IMG/VR virus record: IMGVR_UViG_3300040959_000769
Span: 73,167 to 137,166 of that record
Origin: a virus
Reading direction: 5' to 3' (one strand)
Length of the DNA stretch: 64,000 bases
Both the position numbers and the translations under genes were made by a program. Shown here piece by piece: positions 55,442-64,000 of the stretch (position 1 is the first letter of the stretch; the number at the start of each line of letters is the position of its first letter). The notes below the pieces were generated by a model, which worked only from the letters and a program-made list of their open reading frames with translations, had not been told where the DNA came from and did not search any database.

Positions 55442-56894
55442 GGCAAAACCCAGTCACAATAGAAACTGAAGGATTATTTATCTTCCACTGCTCAACATCC
55501 GCAAGATCGTTTATCAACGGCTGATCGCGGACATTGAGACTTGTGTTCAATAAAACAGGAACCCCAGTGTGCTCGTACCACCGAGTCAACAACTCATACA
55601 ACTCAAAGTGCTGATACGGGTTTACAGTCTGCACACGAGACGTTCCATCAACATGGACAACAGCAGGAATCAAATTAGGTCTCTTGCACTTGACGGCATA
55701 CTGCATGTAAGGCGAAGGTCTATCTAAATCAAACCAATCGTACGCATAATCCTCCAACACAATCGGAGCAAAAGGTCGGAACTGCTCACGGAGCTTCACC
55801 TCATTAACCTTCTCCTTCATTTCTAATGTTCGAGGATCAGCAAGCAGACTTCTGTTTCCGAATGCGCGTGGACCAAACTCTGCCCTCCCGGCAGCAACCC
55901 CAACCACACCCTCATCGCGCAACTTCTCAAAAGTTGAATTGATAGGTAAAGCAGAACCTATCTGATGCCCCAGATAAGGACCCTTCCATCGCACGTGGTC
56001 ATTGTGAACCGCCAACGCAGCACCCAAACTTGAACCAGCGTCACCAGGGTTTGGCATTATCCAAATGTTTTCCCACATTCCCAATAACTTGGTGTTGGCT
56101 GAACAGTTGAGGGCGCATCCACCCATGAAAACAAGATTTTGAGATCTGCTTTCACGTCGAACTCGCTGCATGAAACCGACCATGCGCTGCTCGTAAACAG
56201 CCTGCACTGCGGCAGCAAGATCAAACCTGTCTTGTTCGCTCTCTAACGGGTAATTCCAACCCTCAACACCAGCATGAAAACTTTTGACCTGGATTTCCGG
56301 GTCAGGAAAATATTCGGCTACCGCATCAAAAAACCTGTCCTTGTCTCCATACCCAGCCATACCCATCAGGATGTATTCATCAAAACCTGGCTTCAACCCG
56401 ACAAGAGCAGTGAAAGCCGAATAAAAAAGACCGAAACTAAACGGAACTTTGTATGCCATTTTTTTCCTGATGACACCATCACTCGCATGCCAAACTGTCG
56501 CCGTATCAAATTCGCCAATCGCATCCAGCACAACAATTGTTGCATCGTTGAACGGCGAGGTGAAATAGCCAGCGCAAGCATGGCTGTAGTGGTGAGAGAT
56601 TTGGATCTCTTTGGGTAATGAGTTCTTAAACTTTCTTTTGTACAAATGCTTGTACTCGCCGTTGATTCCGCCGTACAGCATTCGGCGTAACCGCTTCCTG
56701 TTTCGACGCTCAAAGTAAGCCACTACGTCAGGGTTGCCATACGACAGAGCTTCTTCAATCAACTCTGGAGCTAACTCAAACGTATTTTTTTGTTTGTTGT
56801 ATCTCTCACTATGAGCAGCGAAAACTATTTCACCGTTATCAACAACGCTGACGGCAGCATCGTGACTTGAATCATTGATACCTAAGATCCTCAT
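55434..56894 (-). CDS. Carbamoyltransferase (NodU/CmcH family)
   Basis: ILGIN..HDAA, HH.SHA, GGCALN..AN, GDAGSSLGAA, EFGPRAFGNRS, REQFRPFAP, HVDGTSRVQTV, LLNTSLN. Confidence 0.93.
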   Translation of the reverse strand: MRILGINDSSHDAAVSVVDNGEIVFAAHSERYNKQKNTFELAPELIEEALSYGNPDVVAYFERRNRKRLRRMLYGGINGEYKHLYKRKFKNSLPKEIQISHHYSHACAGYFTSPFNDATIVVLDAIGEFDTATVWHASDGVIRKKMAYKVPFSFGLFYSAFTALVGLKPGFDEYILMGMAGYGDKDRFFDAVAEYFPDPEIQVKSFHAGVEGWNYPLESEQDRFDLAAAVQAVYEQRMVGFMQRVRRESRSQNLVFMGGCALNCSANTKLLGMWENIWIMPNPGDAGSSLGAALAVHNDHVRWKGPYLGHQIGSALPINSTFEKLRDEGVVGVAAGRAEFGPRAFGNRSLLADPRTLEMKEKVNEVKLREQFRPFAPIVLEDYAYDWFDLDRPSPYMQYAVKCKRPNLIPAVVHVDGTSRVQTVNPYQHFELYELLTRWYEHTGVPVLLNTSLNVRDQPLINDLADVEQWKINNPSVSIVTGFCRE

Positions 56895-57625
56895 CGGTAG
56901 TCCGGAGGGAGGAAGTCTGAGTCAAGTTCGGACATGACTTCTTCAGGCAAGAAGTCCAAAATTTCACTTGAATTTGCGAACCTCTTCCACCAGTCTCGGG
57001 GAATCTGTGGAACCAAGTTATGGACAATCGTTCGCGAGTATGGCCAGAACGAAGTCTGTACGTACCTAGCGCCAGATCGGACTGTCGCCACGCCGTGCAA
57101 ATAGTGATGAGAAGCAGGAAAAGCTACAAACATTCCAGGTTCAGGATTAATATCTTTCTTGAAGTGCGGAAAATAAATCTCTCCACCTTCAAATTCGTCG
57201 TTGAAGTAAAGAACAGCCGCGACGTCATACTGGTGAAGACTCAAAGGTCCAGTCTCAACAGCCGCCGGTCGAATAATCAGTTTCCCATCTGGATGCCCAA
57301 CATCCGAATGCGCAGACTGGTAGTCACCAACAACCCACTTACGCAACGCCATATTTACAGGCTGGGCAAGAGTCTCCCCAAAGAAACCTTCAAGTGTTTC
57401 TTTCTTTCGTAAAGCAATACGTTCGTACGCCTCATAAATGTCCGCATACTCGGGCGAACCTTTAAACTCCGTTATGTCACGAGCGTAGTGCTGACGCTCG
57501 GTAAAATCGGCATGAGCAACCTGTTCCCACTCGCACCGATTCTCAAAAAAATTTTTGAAAAGAGATAGTTCTTCTGGTGTCAGGAAGTCTCGCACCACAA
57601 GCAATTGAGGTGCGTCGCTCATCAA
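56891..57625 (-). CDS. 2OG-Fe(II) oxygenase, P4H-like
   Basis: RKW..G.YQSAHSD, YFNDEFEGGEIYF, YLHGV..GARY. Confidence 0.88.
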   Translation of the reverse strand: MMSDAPQLLVVRDFLTPEELSLFKNFFENRCEWEQVAHADFTERQHYARDITEFKGSPEYADIYEAYERIALRKKETLEGFFGETLAQPVNMALRKWVVGDYQSAHSDVGHPDGKLIIRPAAVETGPLSLHQYDVAAVLYFNDEFEGGEIYFPHFKKDINPEPGMFVAFPASHHYLHGVATVRSGARYVQTSFWPYSRTIVHNLVPQIPRDWWKRFANSSEILDFLPEEVMSELDSDFLPPDYR

Positions 57626-57948
57626 TCGTCCTCTGAACCTTCTTCAGATTCGGTCAATCCGTCCTTGTAGGCGTGGATCAAGAACTGTGCCTGACGCTCA
57701 AAAGTGACTGGATCAAGAGGGAACGGCAAATCGACCTCAATGTGTCCCAAAATTTTGTACACCATCAGACTGTTTTCAATATCTGCCTTGAAAGGCAGCA
57801 TCAGCCGAAGATAGGTGCCGTCCCACATCGCCATATAAGTCTCGTCCTCGTCCATCGTGAGAACAACTGTCTGGGCATGCTTGGCACTACTCAGAGCAGA
57901 GACTTGATCGGTGTCTACAACTGGAATTTCTGAACCGGTATCACTCAT
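57622..57948 (-). CDS. Small acidic hypothetical protein
   Basis: ATG 57948 preceded by TATGCT at 7 nt; ATGA-coupled to the downstream gene. Confidence 0.6.
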   Translation of the reverse strand: MSDTGSEIPVVDTDQVSALSSAKHAQTVVLTMDEDETYMAMWDGTYLRLMLPFKADIENSLMVYKILGHIEVDLPFPLDPVTFERQAQFLIHAYKDGLTESEEGSEDD

Positions 57949-57974
57949 AGTGGTGAGCATACAACACCGACGAG

Positions 57975-58700
57975 TCAAGAAGCGTCATTGACCAAGTGAC
58001 GGTCAACTTTTTCTCGCCATCTAACCTTACGACTCCACGATTCACCAAGAATTCCCCCATGAGTATCCATGACAATTGTTTTGGCTCGAGTCCAAAAGTG
58101 CGCCGACATGTATCTTTCACCCGCCAAAATCTCGTTGACGCCGTGACCGTAAAACTCTGTGCAAGGAAAAACTGCGAGCATCCCTGGTGTCGGTTTGATT
58201 GACACGTCACCATCCAGGAAAGTTATTTCACCACCGTCAAAATCATCGTTGTAGTACAGAACAGTAGCGACGTCATGAAACGCGATAGGCATAGCTGACT
58301 CTGGCTCGTCGCCGTGCGAACGAATATCAACGACGCCGTCACTGTTGGCGTGGTCAAAATGCGTGTGCTGAAAATACCCTTTCACCCACTTCCGAAAAAA
58401 TAATTGCGAACCGACGACGAAATCTTCCGCAAAGAAATCCTCCACAACATCGCAGATTGAAGACACCAAAAATTCTTCCCTCTTGTAGAAACCTTCAACA
58501 CCACGAAGAAACTCCTCATTCATTACGAAATGAGGGGGCTGATATCCGACAGCGCTGTCCTCCTCGTGCCTGAATGCCCCTGTCTGCACCCAAAACTCGT
58601 CTCTGCGCACCATCCCCGACCAGAAATCAAGTTCATCTCCCGACAAAAAGTTCGGGTACACCCTCAACAGGGGCAAACGGTCGTCAACGACTTCACTCAT
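57975..58700 (-). CDS. 2OG-Fe(II) oxygenase, P4H-like
   Basis: RKW.KG.FQHTHFD, YYNDDFDGGEI, GHGV..GERY. Confidence 0.88.
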   Translation of the reverse strand: MSEVVDDRLPLLRVYPNFLSGDELDFWSGMVRRDEFWVQTGAFRHEEDSAVGYQPPHFVMNEEFLRGVEGFYKREEFLVSSICDVVEDFFAEDFVVGSQLFFRKWVKGYFQHTHFDHANSDGVVDIRSHGDEPESAMPIAFHDVATVLYYNDDFDGGEITFLDGDVSIKPTPGMLAVFPCTEFYGHGVNEILAGERYMSAHFWTRAKTIVMDTHGGILGESWSRKVRWREKVDRHLVNDAS

Positions 58701-59370
58701 AAAAAAACTCGCTCGTCTGCAAGGCAACTGGAGGAGAACTCTTCAACCAAACATTCACCACCATAACCTGCTTCACTCCATCAGTGACAGGAGTTGTCTC
58801 ATGCAGGCGGTGACCAGCATCAAACACAACCAACCGATTAGGTTTGTAAGCAATTCTTTCACGGTTCTCAATGGGAGAAGTTAGAGCGTCAACAACCTCA
58901 CGCTCCAGTTGATTCTCTCCTTCCGCTAAACCCTTTTCGTGGATCTCCAAATACCCGCCACGCGCTTCAGAGAACCCGTACCAAACACAGCCGATAGCAG
59001 GGCCATGGAAGTACTTCTCGGCACTGTAACGAAACGTGTCCTCGTCAACATGGATGCCTAGCCACTGCCCTGGGCTGAACGATCGAGTCCAGTATTCAAA
59101 ACCAGCGACGTCCTTCTCGTCAAAACCCAGATACTCAGAATTACGCCAAATCTTTTCAATAACTCTTTTCTTCAGGGTGTCAGCCCTGCTGTTCTCCCAC
59201 CCATCCCAAAACATGTACGGCGCGTAGCAGTCTGCCTGCTCGTAATGAAATTCGTTGAGCGTCGCACCCAGATTCCCCCCACCCATCGCTTCAGGGAAGA
59301 AAGATGAGTCACCCAAGATTTGTGCCGTCAAGTCTGGGTCAGTGATGAAATTGTCCTTGACGAAAAGCAT
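58693..59370 (-). CDS. 2OG-Fe(II) oxygenase-like protein
   Basis: EYW.R..PGQ.LGIHVD, GGYL, NRLVVFD..LHETTPV..GVK. Confidence 0.75.
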   Translation of the reverse strand: MLFVKDNFITDPDLTAQILGDSSFFPEAMGGGNLGATLNEFHYEQADCYAPYMFWDGWENSRADTLKKRVIEKIWRNSEYLGFDEKDVAGFEYWTRSFSPGQWLGIHVDEDTFRYSAEKYFHGPAIGCVWYGFSEARGGYLEIHEKGLAEGENQLEREVVDALTSPIENRERIAYKPNRLVVFDAGHRLHETTPVTDGVKQVMVVNVWLKSSPPVALQTSEFFYE

Positions 59371-59427
59371 TCACCCATCTTATTGCAGTTCCGACAGAGC
59401 CTCAATGAAGTTGCTATGATCTGCCTC

Positions 59428-59610
59428 ATGACGAACATCAACATTGAAGCAGTGATCAATGACCTCGCAGAGCAGGTGAAGAAGCTCACCGTTGATAACG
59501 CAGTGCTTCGCGCCGCCCTGTCTCAGATGCAAGAGCAGGCTGCACAAGCGGCTACCATGCCTGAGCCTTCCCTGCCTGAACCTCAAGAAGACCTGTCTCA
59601 AATTCCCTGA
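59428..59610 (+). CDS. Small coiled-coil protein
   Basis: NIEAVINDLAEQVKKLTVDNAVLRA; TGcTATGAT 7 nt before ATG. Confidence 0.6.
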   Translation: MTNINIEAVINDLAEQVKKLTVDNAVLRAALSQMQEQAAQAATMPEPSLPEPQEDLSQIP

Positions 59611-59684
59611 GACTGAATAGGTCGTTCGGTCGAGCGAAGATGCGGGAGTTGTTGCTTTCTCTAACAGCAACAACCTTTATCGGC

Positions 59685-59912
59685 ATGCCCGACAATCAGA
59701 AGATATTTGGTTGCGAACCCTGCATGTCGGTGTGGTCTGGCGAACCGCTGTGTTTCCTTTGTGGCGCAAAATCAATAACCATCGCTAAACCGTTAAATGT
59801 GAATGGGATGATTATTCAAACGCCTAGAAACAGCATGATGCTAAACGGCACCCACTACATTGACGACTCACAAATTATTGACTTAGTTAAAAACGCTCTA
59901 AAATACATCTAA
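59685..59912 (+). CDS. Small Zn-ribbon-like protein
   Basis: CEPC...CFLC. Confidence 0.5.
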   Translation: MPDNQKIFGCEPCMSVWSGEPLCFLCGAKSITIAKPLNVNGMIIQTPRNSMMLNGTHYIDDSQIIDLVKNALKYI

Positions 59913-59947
59913 CCCTACAAAAAACAAGGGCGACATAAACTTGGTGC

Positions 59948-60640
59948 ATGATCGTCGTCGGCACAACACTCACAACCTTTGCAATGAGCAAAGAACCAAC
60001 ATGGTCGTCATGGCTCAAAAACGCTGAAAAACTCGTAGCCAACAGTCCAGAAAAACTTCAGTTCTTCGCATCAATTGAAATTGACGCACGAGGAATTGAC
60101 TTCTTCTCCCCCCTCACAAAACGACTTGAAGAAATAGGTGGAGAACACTGGACATTCACACTCGACGACAAACGAACAGAGGTAACCGGAGCTAACCGAA
60201 TCAGACACATCACAACCGGCAGAAACATCGTTCACGATTACGCCATTGAACAAGACGCAACACACATCCTGTTCCTTGACGCCGACATGATGCCACCCGA
60301 CGACACCCTGCCCAAGCTCCTAGAGATGGAACACCCAATCGTCGGAGGGGAAGTCCCCACCTACTGCCTCAACGGTCCAGTCGTAGACAAATACCCATAC
60401 CCAGTTCAATCCCACATGAACACCGCCGGATTCCTGCTTCTTGAAAAACAAGTATTTGAGCGCATCAAATGGCGTGGAGACATAAACCTCACAGACGACC
60501 CATGCTTCCATCGTGATGTAGTTGACTTCTTAGGCTTTGACACCTACGTACGAAAAGACCTTGTTGGGCAGCACTACCCTCGCCACGTCCCCTCAATAAC
60601 CAGGCGTGGCTACGACATGACAGTAGTCAGAAACGCTTAG
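59948..60640 (+). CDS. Glycosyltransferase GT-A/GT2-like
   Basis: ITTGRN...THILFLDADM (DxD), GFLLL...VF, DD..F. Confidence 0.75.
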   Translation: MIVVGTTLTTFAMSKEPTWSSWLKNAEKLVANSPEKLQFFASIEIDARGIDFFSPLTKRLEEIGGEHWTFTLDDKRTEVTGANRIRHITTGRNIVHDYAIEQDATHILFLDADMMPPDDTLPKLLEMEHPIVGGEVPTYCLNGPVVDKYPYPVQSHMNTAGFLLLEKQVFERIKWRGDINLTDDPCFHRDVVDFLGFDTYVRKDLVGQHYPRHVPSITRRGYDMTVVRNA

Positions 60641-61286
60641 ATTCAAATAACTTTCGGTCTTCGTCAGTCAAAGCAATCAACTCAGGAAACATATTTGTAG
60701 TTGCCGAACCCTCATGCAGCACCGGAGCACCAACTGCAATCCCAGTCTTGTAACCACATTTGTTCATGCTTTTGAATAACTCGTCATCCCCGTACCACAA
60801 GTTGTAGCGCTCATCAATGTACGGAACCGTATCCATGCATGACGTTCGGACAATAAACGCGCAACCCCAAATTCCGCCATCCTTGTAAGTGCCTTTCGTC
60901 TGCCTAAACCCGGCACCCCTATCAACACCGTCTTCAAGGCGACGCCGGTAATTGAGACCCACCACTCCAATAGAGTCATCACCACTAAGAACATCCAAAG
61001 CCACATCAATTGACTCCGAGTGCAACTCAATGTCGTCATTCAGCAAAACAACTGCATCAAATTGTTCATCCTTCGCGATCCTCAAAGCGTCGTTCCACAT
61101 CCTGTAGAACTTCCACCCTCTGGCATCAACCACATTGGCTAGACCAGACAACTGTCCAGACTCGTCAACCGGGTACCCATTGTCATGAACCACGATGTCG
61201 CCATGCCCATACAACCTCAGACCCTCAACAAGCGTCAAGAGTTCAGCGATTCGAGATCTACTAGGGATTGCTACAAGATGACGCAT
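60627..61286 (-). CDS. Glycosyltransferase GT2-like
   Basis: VAIPSR, IVVHDNG, VVLLNDD, GCAFIVR, DERY..WYGDDEL. Confidence 0.8.
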   Translation of the reverse strand: MRHLVAIPSRSRIAELLTLVEGLRLYGHGDIVVHDNGYPVDESGQLSGLANVVDARGWKFYRMWNDALRIAKDEQFDAVVLLNDDIELHSESIDVALDVLSGDDSIGVVGLNYRRRLEDGVDRGAGFRQTKGTYKDGGIWGCAFIVRTSCMDTVPYIDERYNLWYGDDELFKSMNKCGYKTGIAVGAPVLHEGSATTNMFPELIALTDEDRKLFESKRF

Positions 61287-61294
61287 TATATGAA

Positions 61295-61801
61295 TTAAGA
61301 CAGTTTTATTGCACGGACATAAACATCGCCATGACGTCGATCAACAACCAACTCATCCATAAACCAGCGCGATGCTCGCATGTCTAACTTCAACTTTTCA
61401 ACGTCAACGTTTTCGTAGAACTCTTCAGGTCCCGGATCGGGAGCGCCCCACGCGCTATGAGGTCGCCGAGGATCAGTAGCAGCAGTGAAAAGCAGCACCC
61501 CGTTCGCCCTCACAGCCATGTTGATATTTGACAAAATTGGTTTGTACTTATCTGGCGGCAAATGTTCAAACATCTCAGTACAGATCGCCATATCCCACTC
61601 ACGATCAGGAACCCACTCGGCAGCGTCGCAAACGATGTCCACGTCATCGCCTTCTACGAAATCAACTGCCGTGTACTCGACTCCAGGGAACAGGTCACGA
61701 GGTGTGCCGTTATTGTTTCGTCCCCCTATATCAACAATTGACGATACTTTTCCCACCTTGCCAACTTGTTTTGACAGCCACGACCAAGCTTCGGGATGCA
61801 T
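61295..61801 (-). CDS. Class I SAM-dependent methyltransferase
   Basis: IVDIGG, Y.AVD..EG..VDIVCDA, WDMAICTEMFEHL, NGVLLFT. Confidence 0.85.
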   Translation of the reverse strand: MHPEAWSWLSKQVGKVGKVSSIVDIGGRNNNGTPRDLFPGVEYTAVDFVEGDDVDIVCDAAEWVPDREWDMAICTEMFEHLPPDKYKPILSNINMAVRANGVLLFTAATDPRRPHSAWGAPDPGPEEFYENVDVEKLKLDMRASRWFMDELVVDRRHGDVYVRAIKLS

Positions 61802-62457
61802 TACTCGCCTTTCCAGACAGTCGTGTTCGGACCTGAATATTCGGCAGGTGCATTAGGTGAATAAAAATACACTGCGAGACTTCGACGTGGGGAGTCAGCG
61901 TTCCATGGCACCGGATGACCATGCGATGACACAGCAGACGTAGCAAAACAGCCCAGTTGATTGAAAACTGGTGGAACCACAACTTCCATATCGTCACCCA
62001 AGTACAAGGCTCCACCGTGACTTTCTTCCCATCCTTTATTCAAAAAAAGCAACATATTGATGCGTCGATACAAGCCCGTGTCTGGATGATGCGTGAAATC
62101 CGTGTGCATTGCGAGACGAGCACCTCGGGGGGAGCAATGCAGTCCACCGCCATATGTTGAACCAATCAAGTCAGGGATGCCGAAACTGTCACCAACAATT
62201 TTTGCCATTTCGTCTGAGGTCATCACCTCAAGAACCTCGGCTATCAGTTCTGGCCATCCGCTCGGATCAGACATCTCCATTTTGCCTGCTTCATGGGATT
62301 CACTGTACCTACGCCAATGTTTGTCTGAATTTGCGGGAAAACAATCCAATACGGCGTCAAGAACAGATTCTGAAAAAAGACCATTAGCGGAAATGTGCGG
62401 AAAAGGATCGTTTCCGACCACCGGCATTTCACCAACGAAGAAATCTTTTATTTCCAT
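61801..62457 (-). CDS. 2OG-Fe(II) oxygenase
   Basis: GGGLH..G..LAMHTDF..HP.TGLYRRIN.L.FLN..W..GG.L, HGHP..RRSLA.YFY. Confidence 0.88.
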   Translation of the reverse strand: MEIKDFFVGEMPVVGNDPFPHISANGLFSESVLDAVLDCFPANSDKHWRRYSESHEAGKMEMSDPSGWPELIAEVLEVMTSDEMAKIVGDSFGIPDLIGSTYGGGLHCSPRGARLAMHTDFTHHPDTGLYRRINMLLFLNKGWEESHGGALYLGDDMEVVVPPVFNQLGCFATSAVSSHGHPVPWNADSPRRSLAVYFYSPNAPAEYSGPNTTVWKGE

Positions 62458-62506
62458 GCCACAAGAGTAGCGCATAAAGTAACTGCCCCTGAACTAAAAT
62501 GGTGCA

Positions 62507-64000
62507 ATGGCTGTGCCCTATCCTGCAAACCCGAGCGCTGGTGACATTTTCACTATCAGCAACGTGTCTTACTACTACAACGGGTCTGATTGGGTTCTTC
62601 TAGGTTCAATAACCATTGACCCTGCGCTTACTGCTGTCCAGTCAACTGGAACAGTGACAATTGACAATCTGGTTGTTACAGGAACTCTCACCGCAGATGT
62701 TGACGTCACATTTGACACCGACACCTTTTTTGTTGACTCAGACCTAAACAGGGTGGGCATTAACCAGCAAAACCCCTCATACGAACTCGATGTCACTGGA
62801 ACCGGACGGTTTACCAGTGGAATAATTGGAAACCTGACCGGAAACGCAAGCACGGCAACAACTCTAGAAACTGCTAGAACAATAAATTTAACCGGCGTCG
62901 TATCTGGATCCGTATCTTTTGACGGATCATCAAACGTTTCTATTTCAACATCTTTAGAAACCATTACAAGCGATGTCACTATTTCTGGTAGTGATCCGCA
63001 AATAAAATTCAACGACACCACAAGTGGCGCAGACGACTTCTGGATTCACATCAACTCAAATAACTTTTACATATTAGCCGACCGTGGTGACGATGACGCT
63101 TGGGAAACCCCTCACCCACTACAGCTTGAAGCAGATACCAACCGCTCATACACATTCGGGAATCGTATTCTGACTGTTGCAGACGAAGGCACGGGAAATG
63201 GTCTTGACGCCGACACCGTAGATGGGGTTCACGCATCAAGTTTTGTAAGCACGACGTATAACTCAACTTTGAACAGCGACAGTCGTAACAGTCGCGGTCC
63301 AACCCGCCTTTTCCGGCGAGACGAAAACAGCGATTTTTCCGTACAAACATATTGGACTGGATCTAGATGGCGTTTGTACGGATACAACGGTGACACACCT
63401 TATGCCGACACACACGTCGGCTATGCCGATTCCGCTGGTAACGCCGACACCACGGACGGGCTTCATGTTCACGGTGGTAGGAATAACGAGGCGAACAAGA
63501 TTGTCCGTACAGATGGTAATGGTTACATCCAAGCAGGGTGGATCAACACCACCTCTGGCTCAACGACTAACACACTCACCCGTATCTACGCATCGAATGA
63601 TTCGTATGTGAGGTATGTCACCCCAGCGACGCTTAGGTCGCAGGTGGTAGATGGGCAAGCGATTTACCCGTCTGGTGTGGGAACCAACCAGATGACATCA
63701 ACAAGGGTTGTCAACAATTCAGCGTACGACTATATGCCGATCCAGGCATTCAATAGCGCCACTAGCGGGGGCGCAACTACTGGTGTGGCTTTCCATATCG
63801 CTAGCCGCATGGCTCCAGTTATTAGAGCTTGGACGGGGGCAGGTACTGGACTTGATGTAGGTAATTTTGATGGTAGTGGATATGAGTACATTGGTGCATC
63901 ATCATTCCCTGTTCGATCTTCTGAACGGTACAAGAAAAATATTGCGGCTCAGCCGGATGAAGAGATCATCCCTAACTCTTTGTCACTCCTGTCCTGTAGG
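62507..64000 (+). CDS. Second tail fibre/receptor-binding protein with start of a peptidase S74-like chaperone domain; 3' end outside window
   Basis: Absent from the ORF track (no stop). Read manually: MAVPYPANPSAGD...DTFFVD..NRVGIN..NPSYELDVTG...GNASTATTLETARTI...GLDADTVDG..ASSF...NEANKIVRTD.NG...RSSERYKKNI. Confidence 0.8.
   Translation, partial: MAVPYPANPSAGDIFTISNVSYYYNGSDWVLLGSITIDPALTAVQSTGTVTIDNLVVTGTLTADVDVTFDTDTFFVDSDLNRVGINQQNPSYELDVTGTGRFTSGIIGNLTGNASTATTLETARTINLTGVVSGSVSFDGSSNVSISTSLETITSDVTISGSDPQIKFNDTTSGADDFWIHINSNNFYILADRGDDDAWETPHPLQLEADTNRSYTFGNRILTVADEGTGNGLDADTVDGVHASSFVSTTYNSTLNSDSRNSRGPTRLFRRDENSDFSVQTYWTGSRWRLYGYNGDTPYADTHVGYADSAGNADTTDGLHVHGGRNNEANKIVRTDGNGYIQAGWINTTSGSTTNTLTRIYASNDSYVRYVTPATLRSQVVDGQAIYPSGVGTNQMTSTRVVNNSAYDYMPIQAFNSATSGGATTGVAFHIASRMAPVIRAWTGAGTGLDVGNFDGSGYEYIGASSFPVRSSERYKKNIAAQPDEEIIPNSLSLLSCR

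Noticed and set aside
1-64000. tRNA/rRNA genes, integrase, att sites, alternative genetic code
   Set aside because: Intergenic gaps are short, no cloverleaf or recombinase motif was seen by eye, and long ORFs tile the window under the standard code. A tRNAscan/Infernal run would be needed to exclude small RNAs formally.

Overview
This window is part of a large tailed dsDNA phage genome with a contractile tail (sheath, tube, baseplate J, gp25-like wedge). The host is probably an Actinomycetota; this is inferred from many leaderless TANNNT promoters and actinophage-type small proteins. No host housekeeping genes, tRNA, integrase or CRISPR array were seen. Layout: portal (minus strand, runs off the left edge) divergent from a plus-strand operon of TerL, Rad52-like annealase, PD-(D/E)XK nuclease, HNH, RuvC, dCMP deaminase, ParB/IbrA/IbrB-like genes and a glycosyltransferase (2.1-12.3 kb). 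Modification island 1 (12.3-25.5 kb) has nine Fe(II)/2-oxoglutarate oxygenases of three families, a DUF6065-like protein, a glutathione peroxidase, a Rossmann dehydrogenase and three small tandem paralogs. A minus-strand neck/tail/baseplate/fibre module follows (25.5-51.5 kb), then an ADP-ribosylglycohydrolase-phosphatase fusion. Modification island 2 (53.2-62.5 kb) has two SGNH-like paralogs, a carbamoyltransferase, four more 2OG oxygenases, two GT-A proteins and a methyltransferase. A second fibre gene runs off the right edge. The most striking feature is a 195-aa protein 6 nt after the 2094-aa tail fibre gene, ending in 26 tandem Pro-Pro-(His/Phe)-Phe units and followed directly by co-oriented prolyl-hydroxylase-like and TauD-like oxygenases. 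This is a candidate phage-encoded system for post-translational tailoring of a repeat peptide or virion protein. All family assignments come from motif recognition by eye, not database searches. Several start codons were re-chosen relative to the ORF track.
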